A DNA stretch of 64,000 nucleotides from Nanobdellota archaeon (GCA_040753775.1 JBFMDT010000002.1:11955-75954); one strand, 5' to 3'. Positions 36,761 through 45,931 are shown, counted from the first letter of the stretch. Notes: generated from the letters alone by a model not told the origin. Program-made: numbers and translations.

Positions 36761-37468
36761 ATGACAGAATTTTATGTTCCTGAAAAAGTTTTTTTTACAA
36801 ATGGCGTAGGTATAGATAAGGACAAATTAACATCCTTTGAGTTGGCATTAAGGGATGCAAAAATATTTTCATATAATTTGATTAAGGTTTCAAGTATTCT
36901 TCCACCAAAATGCAAAGAAATAAGCAGGGATGAAGGAATAAAATATTTTCATGAAGGAGAAGAGGTATGCTGCGTCTTATCAGAAAATTCAACAAATGAA
37001 AACCACCGGCTTATCGCAGCTTCGATAGGCATTGCAAACCCGCTCGACGAAGCTACCCATGGTTATATAAGTGAATACCATTCATTTGGAGAAAAAGATG
37101 AAGATGTCGGGGAATATGCAGAAAAAATAGCAATAGGTATGTTTGCATCTGGAAAAGGGTTCTCATTTGATAAGGATAACTTTGTTTCAGAGAAAAATTC
37201 AAGAACATATAAAGTTGGCGACTACACATTAAGAACTAGAAATGTTAAACAATCATCCTTAGGGAAAGAAGGTGTATGGACAACTGTTGTAGCAGCTGCT
37301 GTTTTTATCCCTTATGACCCTAAAATAAAAGAGTTAGAAAGTAAACTAAACATCATGGAAAGTAGGCTATCTATTTTAGAAAACTACATATTAATATCTA
37401 AAGAAAATAATAAAGAAGACAACCAGCTAGTTTTTACAAAAAATAATTCTATTAAAGTTAGACCATAA
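36761..37468 (+). CDS. pdaD: Pyruvoyl-dependent arginine decarboxylase
   Basis: 235 aa. VPEKVFFTNGVG and the self-processing site IKVSSILPP. Extra C-terminal coiled-coil-like tail of about 50 aa. Confidence 0.85.
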   Translation: MTEFYVPEKVFFTNGVGIDKDKLTSFELALRDAKIFSYNLIKVSSILPPKCKEISRDEGIKYFHEGEEVCCVLSENSTNENHRLIAASIGIANPLDEATHGYISEYHSFGEKDEDVGEYAEKIAIGMFASGKGFSFDKDNFVSEKNSRTYKVGDYTLRTRNVKQSSLGKEGVWTTVVAAAVFIPYDPKIKELESKLNIMESRLSILENYILISKENNKEDNQLVFTKNNSIKVRP

Positions 37469-37502
37469 TGTTTAAAAAGAGTTTTTAGTTCTTTTAGCTT
37501 AT

Positions 37503-37587
37503 GCGGTAGTAGTATAGTGGTCAGTATACAACCTTGCCATTTTCAAGCAATAAGGTTGTGACCCGAGTTCGAATCTCGGCTACCGCA
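37503..37587 (+). tRNA. tRNA-Gly(GCC) with canonical intron
   Basis: Acceptor GCGGTAG/CTACCGC, T-arm CCGAG-TTCGAAT-CTCGG, anticodon arm CAACC-TTGCCA[intron]A-GGTTG. Confidence 0.85.
37540..37552 (+). other. tRNA-Gly intron (13 nt, position 37/38)
   Basis: Central helix TTGC/GCAA followed by the TAA bulge and the 3' stem strand (relaxed BHB). Confidence 0.7.
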
Positions 37588-37593
37588 TTTATT

Positions 37594-38529
37594 ATGATAG
37601 ATTTCAAGCTTGAATTCAAGAAAAAGTTCTTGGAAAGATATTCAAAACTTACAGATATAAATAAGTTTCTAGAATACTCCCAAAAATTCCTAACAAGATC
37701 GATAAGGGTCAATACATTAAAAACTTCTGTAAAAGAGTTAAAGTCAAGATTAGAAAAGGACTGGAAATTAACACAAGTCCCTTGGTGCAAAGAAGGGTTT
37801 TGGATAGAGCATAAAACTGAAGATAGAAGAGACATTGGAAACCTGTTGGAGCACAGCTTAGGTTATTTTTATGTTCAAGAAACTGCATCTATGATCCCAC
37901 CAATAGTATTAAACCCAAAACAAAATACAGCAGTTTTAGATATGGCAGCATCTCCAGGAAGCAAGACAACACAACTCGCAGCTATTATGAAAAATACTGG
38001 AATTATAATTGCAAATGATGTTGACTATACAAGATTAAATGCGCTGAGTATAAATTTAGAGAGGTGCGGTGTAAGCAATATTATAATAACCTTAATGCAT
38101 GGAAGGTCCTTTAAAAGTTTAGAAAATTCTTTTGATTATGTTTTGTTGGATGCTCCCTGTTCTGGTACTGGCACAATAAGGAAATCAGCAAAAACTGCGG
38201 AGATATGGAATCCAGATATGATAAAAAGATTGGCTGGAATGCAAAAATTACTGATTGATACAGCCTTTAATTGTTTGAAGAAAAATGGTGTCTTGGTTTA
38301 TAGCACCTGTAGCCTTGAACCAGAGGAGAATGAGGCTGTTGTAAATTTTTTGATTAATAAATATTCAAATGCTAAATTACAAAAGATAAATTTAAAAATT
38401 AAAAAAAGTCCCACTATTTTAAAATTTGAGGGTGATAGTTATTCAAAAGAAATTAAAAAATGTTTAAGAATCTGGCCCCAGGACAATGACACGGATGGAT
38501 TCTTTGTGGCTAAAATAAAAAAACTTTAA
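37594..38529 (+). CDS. NOL1/NOP2/Sun-family RNA (cytosine-C5) methyltransferase
   Basis: Frame of ORF 37534-38529, but that start overlaps tRNA-Gly, so ATG 37594 is used. DMAASPGSKT SAM site plus DAPCSGTG and STCSLEPEENE catalytic-Cys motifs. Confidence 0.85.
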   Translation: MIDFKLEFKKKFLERYSKLTDINKFLEYSQKFLTRSIRVNTLKTSVKELKSRLEKDWKLTQVPWCKEGFWIEHKTEDRRDIGNLLEHSLGYFYVQETASMIPPIVLNPKQNTAVLDMAASPGSKTTQLAAIMKNTGIIIANDVDYTRLNALSINLERCGVSNIIITLMHGRSFKSLENSFDYVLLDAPCSGTGTIRKSAKTAEIWNPDMIKRLAGMQKLLIDTAFNCLKKNGVLVYSTCSLEPEENEAVVNFLINKYSNAKLQKINLKIKKSPTILKFEGDSYSKEIKKCLRIWPQDNDTDGFFVAKIKKL

Positions 38530-39437
38530 TATTTTATGTTGTTCCTCTCTTGCCCCATAATATTTAAAATTTTTTCGTAATTCCTCTCATAGTTTTCATA
38601 ATCTTTAAAGTTATCTATATCCATTGACAATTCACCAAATGGCATAGGTATTGCTTTGACTCTCAATCGTTCTCCATCTAGACTAAGAGCCCTTGCTGCA
38701 TAGGCCTCTAAATATTTTATAGATGAGCTTTCAGAATTCTTTAGTTTAGCATAATAAAGCTCAGAGCCATGGTTGTATAGAAATCTGATTCCTATATGCC
38801 TGAGATACAATGCAATTGCTCCTAAAGTATCCCACCCCCACTTTTTTCTTAGCGTCCAAAATATCAATCCGCCTAGCTTTGCAGTATTTCTTATTTTCTC
38901 CTGCATCCTTATTTTATATACTGCATTAAGAAAGGAGTAGTCAATTTTATGCGGCTTTATCAGGAGCATAGAGCCAGACCTAAACTCAAACTCCCTTGCA
39001 TGTACATAGCCAACGTGGTAAAATTCCTTAAAATTGTCTATAGAATCTTTTGTAGGCCCTCCATGAAATGCATCATACTCAGCTGTATTGCATTGCCCTA
39101 AAAAGTATTTTAAGGAATGACCTCTTGTAAATGGGTGGTCTCCATAAAGAACCAAAACAGGATCTTCTTTTTTATCAACAAGTTCCTTTGCTATCTCAAG
39201 ATTTTCTGCAAAGTCATTCTTAGATCCAACAATATTAACCTTTCCTTCTAAATTCGCAGCATTATCAATATCCTTTTTCCTGCACACCAAAGTTATATCC
39301 CAAATATTATTTTCATATAAAGCATCTATAGAATTTTGCACAATAGGCTTGTCTTTTAATCTGATGAAGTGCTTGTTTATATGGTTTATTCTTTTATTTC
39401 CACCAGCCAAAATTAAGGCCTTTAGATTAGAGTTCAT
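38526..39437 (-). CDS. Nucleotidyltransferase-fold (MobA-like NTP transferase) protein
   Basis: Frame of ORF 38526-39464. LKALILAGGNKR N-terminal glycine-rich loop. The C-terminal half is unassigned. Confidence 0.5.
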   Translation of the reverse strand: MNSNLKALILAGGNKRINHINKHFIRLKDKPIVQNSIDALYENNIWDITLVCRKKDIDNAANLEGKVNIVGSKNDFAENLEIAKELVDKKEDPVLVLYGDHPFTRGHSLKYFLGQCNTAEYDAFHGGPTKDSIDNFKEFYHVGYVHAREFEFRSGSMLLIKPHKIDYSFLNAVYKIRMQEKIRNTAKLGGLIFWTLRKKWGWDTLGAIALYLRHIGIRFLYNHGSELYYAKLKNSESSSIKYLEAYAARALSLDGERLRVKAIPMPFGELSMDIDNFKDYENYERNYEKILNIMGQERNNIKY

Positions 39438-39828
39438 CTTCAGGTATACCTTCTTCAAGTACATCTCTTTGGAGATTATTTTTATTAACTAAGTTTCTTA
39501 ATATTTTTTTCCTCCCCTTTTCACAAAGTAGAATTAATTTATTTCTTAACTCTAACGGATCTTTATCTATAAAGTCGCATATGTACTTAAATGACATTGG
39601 TTCAGTACTATTTGAAAATATCCAAGCACATGCATTATTAAAATATCCATCTTTACCATTATTTTTGTAGTATAAACAATAATCTTCCAATGCTTTATTA
39701 ATAATTGAATAAATTAATTTATATTCACCTATGTTTTTATACCAATCATTGCTTTGTGAAGTTATCGTTAGTCCATTCACCACCAAAATTCTATTTATCC
39801 TATCTGAATTTTCATTCTTTGTTACCAT
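39427..39828 (-). CDS. Hypothetical protein
   Basis: 133-aa ORF. No family recognised. Confidence 0.4.
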   Translation of the reverse strand: MVTKNENSDRINRILVVNGLTITSQSNDWYKNIGEYKLIYSIINKALEDYCLYYKNNGKDGYFNNACAWIFSNSTEPMSFKYICDFIDKDPLELRNKLILLCEKGRKKILRNLVNKNNLQRDVLEEGIPEDEL

Positions 39829-39891
39829 TTTAGAATTAATAATCTTTCATATGATATATATAAATCTTTTGTTTGTTTTCCTTTCAAAACC

Positions 39892-39899
39892 TTTATAAA
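39892..39899 (+). promoter_or_regulatory. TATA box (TTTATAAA)
   Basis: 31 nt upstream of ATG 39923. Confidence 0.4.
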
Positions 39900-39922
39900 T
39901 ATTTGAATAATTTTCTCGGACA

Positions 39923-40894
39923 ATGAAAAAAATCAATTATATCTTTTTAGCTTTAACCTTATCCATTCTTTTTCTAAGCGGATGTGCAGAACAGCAAAAT
40001 GAAATCCAAAATATAAAAGGTATAACTCTGTCACCAAAAAGCTTTCAGCAGGATGATTTTAAGGAATTTTTTGAGAATGCCAAGCTTACAGGAAACATAA
40101 TAACCTGGTCAGGAGATTGGAATGAGCTTTCAAATATAGAAAAAGGGGGTCCTGCTGTTGTTTCATCTTTAGCATTAGTCTACAAATATACACCAATAAT
40201 AATCACTCAATTTTTCACCCAAAATTCAGGCCAGCTCTTAAGGCCATTGAATGAAGATACAAAACAAAATTACAAAAACTACCTTATCCAATTTGTTAAA
40301 AAATATAAGCCAAAATACATTGGTTTGGGCATTGAGGTAAATATGCTTTCAGAAAAATCACCGCAGGACTTTAACAGCTTTGTTGAACTATACAATGAAG
40401 CTTATGATGAAATTAAGAAAGCATCTCCTGATACTAAGGTTTTCACTGTATTCCAATTAGAAAAAATGAAGGGTCTTAATGGTGGTTTGTTTGGTGGAAC
40501 TAACAATCCCGACAAAGCCCAGTGGGACCTTCTTAAGAAATTTTCCAAGTCAGATATCATAGCATTTACAACTTACCCCGGGCTTATTTATAAAAATCCT
40601 TCAGAAATTCCACAGGATTATTATACAGAAATAAAATTTTATACACAAAAGCCAATCTCATTTACAGAAATCGGATGGTACAGCTCAAATGCAATACAAG
40701 GTTGGGAAAGCAGCGAATCAGAACAGGCAGAATTTATCACAACCTTCTTCAGCCTGACAAAAGATTTAAACAAAGAGTTCAGCATATGGAGCTTTATGTA
40801 TGACCAAAATGTTATAGAGCCTTTTAATTCTATGGGTCTTATAACCAAAGATGGGAGTTTTAAGCAAGCATGGGATATATGGGTTAAGTCCTGA
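39923..40894 (+). CDS. Exported lipoprotein, putative clan GH-A-like glycoside hydrolase TIM barrel
   Basis: 323 aa. Signal plus LSGC lipobox. YIGLGIEVN and ISFTEIGW resemble the acid/base and nucleophile Glu strands of clan A hydrolases (weak). Confidence 0.4.
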   Translation: MKKINYIFLALTLSILFLSGCAEQQNEIQNIKGITLSPKSFQQDDFKEFFENAKLTGNIITWSGDWNELSNIEKGGPAVVSSLALVYKYTPIIITQFFTQNSGQLLRPLNEDTKQNYKNYLIQFVKKYKPKYIGLGIEVNMLSEKSPQDFNSFVELYNEAYDEIKKASPDTKVFTVFQLEKMKGLNGGLFGGTNNPDKAQWDLLKKFSKSDIIAFTTYPGLIYKNPSEIPQDYYTEIKFYTQKPISFTEIGWYSSNAIQGWESSESEQAEFITTFFSLTKDLNKEFSIWSFMYDQNVIEPFNSMGLITKDGSFKQAWDIWVKS

Positions 40895-40921
40895 ATAACT
40901 AAATTCTAAAATATAATTAAT

Positions 40922-41015
40922 TGCCCCCTGCGAGATTTGAACTCGCGTCAGAGCCTCGAAAGGGTTTTAGTGTATTCCTACAACTCTATCCTTGACCGGG
41001 CTAGACGAAGGGGGC
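40922..41015 (-). tRNA. tRNA-Glu(UUC) with non-canonical intron
   Basis: Acceptor GCCCCCT/AGGGGGC, T-arm GCGAG-TTCAAAT-CTCGC. Removing 40965-40983 gives the anticodon arm GAGCC-CTTTCGA-GGCTC. Confidence 0.8.
40965..40983 (-). other. tRNA-Glu intron (19 nt, in anticodon stem, position 29/30)
   Basis: Hand fold: AAGG/CCTT helix, 3 bp + 1 mismatch central helix (TAG/CTA), 3-nt bulges, TGTA/TACA helix capped by a GGAA loop. Confidence 0.65.
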
Positions 41016-41058
41016 ATAAACACTTGAGAAATTCTATATTTTTAAAGTTAACTAAATG

Positions 41059-41158
41059 TGGGTCCGACCGGATTTGAACCGGTGACCTACTGCTCTCTTA
41101 GATGTAGCCTGATTTGTCATATAAGACAGTTGCTCTAACCAGGCTGAGCTACGGACCC
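41059..41158 (-). tRNA. tRNA-Ile(UAU) with canonical-position intron
   Basis: Acceptor GGGTCCG/CGGACCC, D-arm GCTC/GAGC, T-arm ACCGG-TTCAAAT-CCGGT, anticodon arm ACTGT-CTTATA[intron]A-GCAGT. Confidence 0.7.
41095..41119 (-). other. tRNA-Ile intron (25 nt, position 37/38)
   Basis: Central helix CTTA/TAAG followed by the AGA bulge and the 3' stem strand. The outer intron helix is weak (2 bp). Confidence 0.6.
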
Positions 41159-41263
41159 GATAAAAATTAATAGACTGGCTATTTAAAAATCTTTTCAATA
41201 ACAAAAAGAAAAGTTATTTAAGTGCAATTAAAGTGATTATCCTATATTAAGGAGGCAATCGCT

Positions 41264-42448
41264 ATGTTAATTGGTTTGGTCGGCAAGCCTAGTTCAGGAA
41301 AATCAACATTTTTCAAGGCATGCACATTGGCAGAAGTAGCAATATCTCAAGTTCCATTTACAACAATTAAGCCTAACCATGGCGTTGGTTTTGTCAGAGT
41401 AGATTGCATTGATAAGGAGTTTAATGTAAGATGCAATCCAAGATTTGGCTACTGCATAAATAATACAAGATTTGTTCCTGTAGATATGATGGATGTTGCT
41501 GGTTTGGTCCCAGGAGCACATGAAGGTAAAGGACTAGGCAATCAGTTTTTAGATGATTTAAGGCAGGCAGATGTTTTAATCCATATTGTAGATGCATCAG
41601 GAAGCACAAATGAAAAAGGGGAGCTCGTAAAGCCTTTAAGCTATGACCCTTGCAAGGATGTAAAATTCCTTGAGCATGAATTGGACATGTGGTATTTTCA
41701 GATTATGAAAAAGGGCTGGGAAAAATTTGCAAGGACTGTTCAACAGGAGAATCAAAATATCAAGAAAGCCTTGGCAAAGCAGCTTTCAGGATTAAAAGTT
41801 ACAGAAATAATAGTTGAAGAAAGCATAAAAAAATTAAAATTGCTTCATCACCCTATAGACTGGACCGATGATGATTTAAAAAATTTAGCAATTGAATTAA
41901 GAAAAAAAACAAAGCCAATGATAATTGCTGCAAACAAAATAGATATTGAAGGTGCAAAATTAAATTTAGATAGACTTCAACAGGAATTTAAGGATTATAA
42001 TATTATTCCTTGCTCTGCTGAATCTGAGTTAGCTCTTAGAGAAGCAGCCAAAAAAAGTTTAATAAAATACATTCCTGGCCAAAGCAATTTTGAGCTCATA
42101 GGAAACTTAAATGATAAGCAAAAAAATGCATTGGAATACATAAAGAAAAACGTCTTAGGTGTTTATGGAAATTCAGGCATTCAGGAAATCTTGGATTTTG
42201 CCGTCTTTAAGTTACTTAAGTACATAGCAATATTCCCTGGCGGTGTCAACAAATTGCAGGATTCTGAAGGAAAGGTATTGCCAGATTGCTTCTTAATGCC
42301 CGAAAATTCAACAACTCTAGACTTTGCTTTCAAGATACACACAGATATAGGTAATAATTTTGTTAAGGCCATTGATGTTAAGAGAAAAATGCCTGTCGGA
42401 AAAGATTACAAGCTTAAGCACAGGGATGTAATAGAAATTATGACTTAA
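41264..42448 (+). CDS. YchF/OLA1-like Obg-family GTPase/ATPase with TGS domain
   Basis: 394 aa. GKPSSGKST P-loop, DVAGLV, NKID. C-terminal TGS-like domain. GGAGG Shine-Dalgarno 8 nt upstream. Confidence 0.85.
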   Translation: MLIGLVGKPSSGKSTFFKACTLAEVAISQVPFTTIKPNHGVGFVRVDCIDKEFNVRCNPRFGYCINNTRFVPVDMMDVAGLVPGAHEGKGLGNQFLDDLRQADVLIHIVDASGSTNEKGELVKPLSYDPCKDVKFLEHELDMWYFQIMKKGWEKFARTVQQENQNIKKALAKQLSGLKVTEIIVEESIKKLKLLHHPIDWTDDDLKNLAIELRKKTKPMIIAANKIDIEGAKLNLDRLQQEFKDYNIIPCSAESELALREAAKKSLIKYIPGQSNFELIGNLNDKQKNALEYIKKNVLGVYGNSGIQEILDFAVFKLLKYIAIFPGGVNKLQDSEGKVLPDCFLMPENSTTLDFAFKIHTDIGNNFVKAIDVKRKMPVGKDYKLKHRDVIEIMT

Positions 42449-43019
42449 GAAAATCAGGAACAGGATATTTTTCAAATTCTTTTAGTAAAGGTTTTCCGTA
42501 AATAATTCTTGAGAATGCCTCTGCCTCCATCTTTGCTCCAGTTAATGCATTATGCGGTCTTGGCTCACTGGGCATTCCTACATAATTTAAGGTCTTGTCC
42601 GTATTTAGTTTGTCTGGGGGATTTAACTTTCTTTTAAGATAATTTATATAACATAAGGAATGCAAATCTACAGTTCTATAACCAAATACCCATTTTATTC
42701 CATACCTTTCTGCAGAAGCCTTTAAAAAATCTCTGTCAAAATTAGGGTTTTCTCCAGCTATTATTTTATTTTTAATATTGTCTGTCCATCCCCAAAATTT
42801 TTTTATTGCTTCTTCTAGTGTCTTTTTGTTGAAGTTTCTAGTTTCTTCTTCAGAGAAACCATTAATATTTAATGCTTCTTCTGTTGTTTCCGCTCCTTCC
42901 CATATTCTGCATTCATCATAAAATTGATTTTCCGGGTTATAAAAGCTTACTGCGCCAATACTTACAATAGAATGTTTCTTTGGGTCAATGCCTGTTGTTT
43001 CAACATCAACTACAATCAT
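42438..43019 (-). CDS. DEDD-family 3'-5' exonuclease (DnaQ/RNase T-like)
   Basis: 193 aa. VVDVETTG (Exo I), NPNFDRDFL (Exo II), HNALTGAKMEAE (Exo III). Confidence 0.75.
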   Translation of the reverse strand: MIVVDVETTGIDPKKHSIVSIGAVSFYNPENQFYDECRIWEGAETTEEALNINGFSEEETRNFNKKTLEEAIKKFWGWTDNIKNKIIAGENPNFDRDFLKASAERYGIKWVFGYRTVDLHSLCYINYLKRKLNPPDKLNTDKTLNYVGMPSEPRPHNALTGAKMEAEAFSRIIYGKPLLKEFEKYPVPDFLKS

Positions 43020-43121
43020 ACTCCATCACCTAATTCCAAAGTTTAAATATTTGATTATGCTCTGAAATATAGATTAAATAGTTCTCTGGTGCATTAAAGG
43101 TTGATAAAACCTCAAAAAAAT

Positions 43122-44018
43122 TTACCTTGCCATTTCAATCAACTCCAACCACCGATTAGGTGATTTAAATTTTAATTCAGGAATAGCCAACTCGGAAGGG
43201 CTTTTACCATTCAAAGCTCCATGCTTATCTACAAAATTATAAAATATTTGCATACCTTTGAATAAAGCATAAGCACTTTCAACAGAGCCATGTAATCCTC
43301 TAAAGTTTTGACTTCTTTGTCTGATTGAGTTATGCAATCTTTCAACCCAAATGTTAAATCCCTCGCCTTTTAATTGTGTCTTAACTCTATGTTCTATTTT
43401 GTAATCTTTTATTGTATTATTATATCCCCAAGTTTTCTTAACAATATTATCATAAGCAGTTAAGCCATCTGTTTGGATTATTTTAACATTAACCGATTTA
43501 TCCTTAACTCCTAATAAAACTTTTTTCAGCTCTTCTTTACTTCTTTCTTTAGCAAAATTAGAGCCAACAAGAAAACGAGTTTTTACATCTATTCCATTAA
43601 TTAACCAATTCTTATCAATCCCTAATTTTTTCTTATGGGATTTTCGTCTGTGAAATTCCATCTCATCAACTTCTACATAAGAACCTGTTTGAAGTTTTAG
43701 GTTATCTGTATAATTAGCAATTTGTAAAGAGTATTTTCTAATCCATCTTAAAATAGTGGAATGGTCAGAGTTATGAGGAAAGAACGCTTTAAAGTGTTCT
43801 TGCACTCCTCTTGTAGATAAACCTCTATAAAACAAATCTAAAGCACAGGTTATCTTTTCTGGTGTATTTCTCATCTTGCTGAATATATCATTTACAAAAG
43901 TTTCAGAGCAGGACTTACATTTATATCGTTGAACTTTACCTCTATTCTCTGTTTTTCTCTTTCCCCATTTGATTACTTCTTTGCTCTTACACTTCAGACA
44001 TAAAATTTCTTGTTTCAT
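43122..44018 (-). mobile_element. IS6-family-like insertion sequence (transposase ORF; element ends not defined)
   Basis: 298-aa ORF. N-terminal CxxC...CxxC zinc ribbon. DDE region VEVDEM...NGIDVKTRF, IIQTDGLTAYD, VERLHNSIRQR...GL.S, aligning by eye to the IS6/IS26 pattern. IS1-like is not excluded. Confidence 0.65.
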
Positions 44019-44149
44019 TTTAATTACTTTATTAGGTATAGTTTATATAAGTAAGTAAGGTATATAAATGTTTCGGTAGTAAAGTTATTACTAAATAGGT
44101 ATTACTCATAAAAGTAAGATTTATAAATACTAAATTATTAAATGGGTGT

Positions 44150-44296
44150 ATGGCAGAGATTATAATCAAACAAAAAGGATATAAATGTGAAAGATGCGGC
44201 CATGAATGGGCTCCCAGAAATAAAGAAGAAACCCCCTTAATTTGCCCAAAATGTAAAAGTCCTTATTGGAATAGGCCCAAAAAGAATGACAAATAA
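44150..44296 (+). CDS. Small zinc-ribbon protein (48 aa), absent from the ORF track
   Basis: Hand translation: MAEIIIKQKGYKCERCGHEWAPRNKEETPLICPKCKSPYWNRPKKNDK (CxxC-x17-CxxC). Stop lies 1 nt before ATG 44298. Confidence 0.45.
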   Translation: MAEIIIKQKGYKCERCGHEWAPRNKEETPLICPKCKSPYWNRPKKNDK

Positions 44297-44297
44297 A

Positions 44298-45041
44298 ATG
44301 GAAACAAAACATGTAAAAATAAAAAACAAAGCAATAGAATTACTAGAAAAGAATCCGAATGGTATAAGATACTCTGAATTGGTTAGAATGATATCAAAGG
44401 AATTTCCAGAAATTCCAATCAATACCATCCGTGGCGCGGTATGGGATCTTGACCGCCAATTATCTGATAGAGTATACAAACCTGCGAGGGGTATTTTTCG
44501 ACTTATAAAATTTAAAGATATTGAGATTAAGGAAGAGAAAAAGGAAATACTTGCAGAACCTACAAAATTTAAAGAAGAATCATTTTACAAACCATTTACA
44601 GATTGGTTAGTAAATGAAACAGAGGAGGCCACAAAAGCCATCCCACTCGGAGGAAATAAATTTAAAGATAAATGGGGGACACCAGATGTTATTGGTATAA
44701 GAGAATCAAGAAAAAGTGATATAATAAAAATACCAACAGAAATTATTTCAGCTGAAATCAAAACAGATTCTACAAATCTTATAACTGCATTCGGGCAAGC
44801 TTGTTCTTATAGACTTTTTTCACATTCTGTGTATTTAGTTATTCCTAAACAAAGTTCTGAAACAGATATATTAAGATTAGATGCATTAAGTTTAATTTTT
44901 GGAATAGGATTAGTCCTATTTGATTTATCTAATAAAGAAGATCCTAATTTCGAAATTAGAGTTAGACCAATCAAACACAATCCAGACATTTTTTATACAA
45001 ATGAATACTTAAAATTAATAGAAAAAGAATTATTTGGATGA
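44298..45041 (+). CDS. wHTH + PD-(D/E)xK nuclease-fold protein
   Basis: Frame of ORF 44286-45041. N-terminal wHTH-like region (GIRYSELVRMISKEF...RGIFRL). C-terminal WGTPDVIG...SAEIK...GQACSY fits the PD-(D/E)xK pattern. Confidence 0.5.
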   Translation: METKHVKIKNKAIELLEKNPNGIRYSELVRMISKEFPEIPINTIRGAVWDLDRQLSDRVYKPARGIFRLIKFKDIEIKEEKKEILAEPTKFKEESFYKPFTDWLVNETEEATKAIPLGGNKFKDKWGTPDVIGIRESRKSDIIKIPTEIISAEIKTDSTNLITAFGQACSYRLFSHSVYLVIPKQSSETDILRLDALSLIFGIGLVLFDLSNKEDPNFEIRVRPIKHNPDIFYTNEYLKLIEKELFG

Positions 45042-45047
45042 ACTAAA

Positions 45048-45917
45048 ATGGTGGATAAAAAATTAGATATAAATTATAAGAAAACTTGTGATTGTGGTAG
45101 GACCCATATTAATTGTTTAAATGCAAAAGAATGGTTAAAAAACCAGGTTGCTCTTTGGGAATTTTATTATGAAAATAGAGATATAAGAGATAAAGATATT
45201 CACCCAGCAGTTTTCCCAATAGCTCTCCCAAAAAAATGTATAGAATTATTTACACATAAGGGAGAATTAGTATTAGACCCCTTTGCAGGAGTTGGAACAA
45301 CACTAATCGCAGCAAAAGATACTGGAAGAAATGCTGTCGGATTTGATTTAAATGAAAAGTATATAGATTTTACTAAAAAAAGATTATCTCAACAAAAATT
45401 GAGTGACAATACAAAACAAATCATAATATGTGATGACTCGATAAACATCCCTGATTATTTAGATGAGAACACTATTTCGCTATGCGTTACTTCTCCACCT
45501 TATGCTAATATGTTAAATAGGCCAAGATTAAATAAAAGTTTGATGGGAAAATCAAGATATAATGACCAATATAAAAAAGTCCAGCAATATTCAGATAATC
45601 CTAGAGATTTAGGAACTATGGAACCTAAAAAATATGCTGAAGAATTAGGAAAAATTTACAAGAAAATATTACCTTTATTAAAACCAAAGGCTCATTGCAT
45701 TATAAATATAACCGATTTATGGTGGGAAAATAAGAGGATACCCCTCCATATTTATGTAATTGAAGCTATGGAAAAAGTAGGATATGAATTAAGAAATACT
45801 ATAATATGGGATAGAAGGAATTTAGTTAATGGAGCGGGGATATTTGGATGGCCAAGTAATTATATCACTTTAGGAACGACATTTGAATACATCTTAGATT
45901 TTTGGAAACCTAATTAA
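45048..45917 (+). CDS. DNA methyltransferase (N4-cytosine/N6-adenine; SPPY type, permuted motif order)
   Basis: 289 aa. HPAVFP...LDPFAGVGTT (motif I) precedes VTSPPY (motif IV). This arrangement resembles M.MvaI/M.BcnIB-type N4C methyltransferases (from memory). Confidence 0.8.
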   Translation: MVDKKLDINYKKTCDCGRTHINCLNAKEWLKNQVALWEFYYENRDIRDKDIHPAVFPIALPKKCIELFTHKGELVLDPFAGVGTTLIAAKDTGRNAVGFDLNEKYIDFTKKRLSQQKLSDNTKQIIICDDSINIPDYLDENTISLCVTSPPYANMLNRPRLNKSLMGKSRYNDQYKKVQQYSDNPRDLGTMEPKKYAEELGKIYKKILPLLKPKAHCIINITDLWWENKRIPLHIYVIEAMEKVGYELRNTIIWDRRNLVNGAGIFGWPSNYITLGTTFEYILDFWKPN

Positions 45918-45931
45918 AAATAATTATTTTT

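Noticed and set aside
37521-37835. Minus-strand 104-aa ORF and the N-terminal 20 codons of ORF 37534-38529
   Set aside because: Both overlap the tRNA-Gly gene (37503-37587). The methyltransferase has a good internal ATG at 37594 immediately after the tRNA.
43020-44149. Terminal inverted repeats and target-site duplication for the IS6-like element
   Set aside because: I compared the left flank with the reverse complement of the right flank by eye and found no convincing match of 8 bp or more. Only a loose direct motif was seen (ATTACTnnAnTAGGTAT at about 44023 and 44087). The element boundaries are left undefined.
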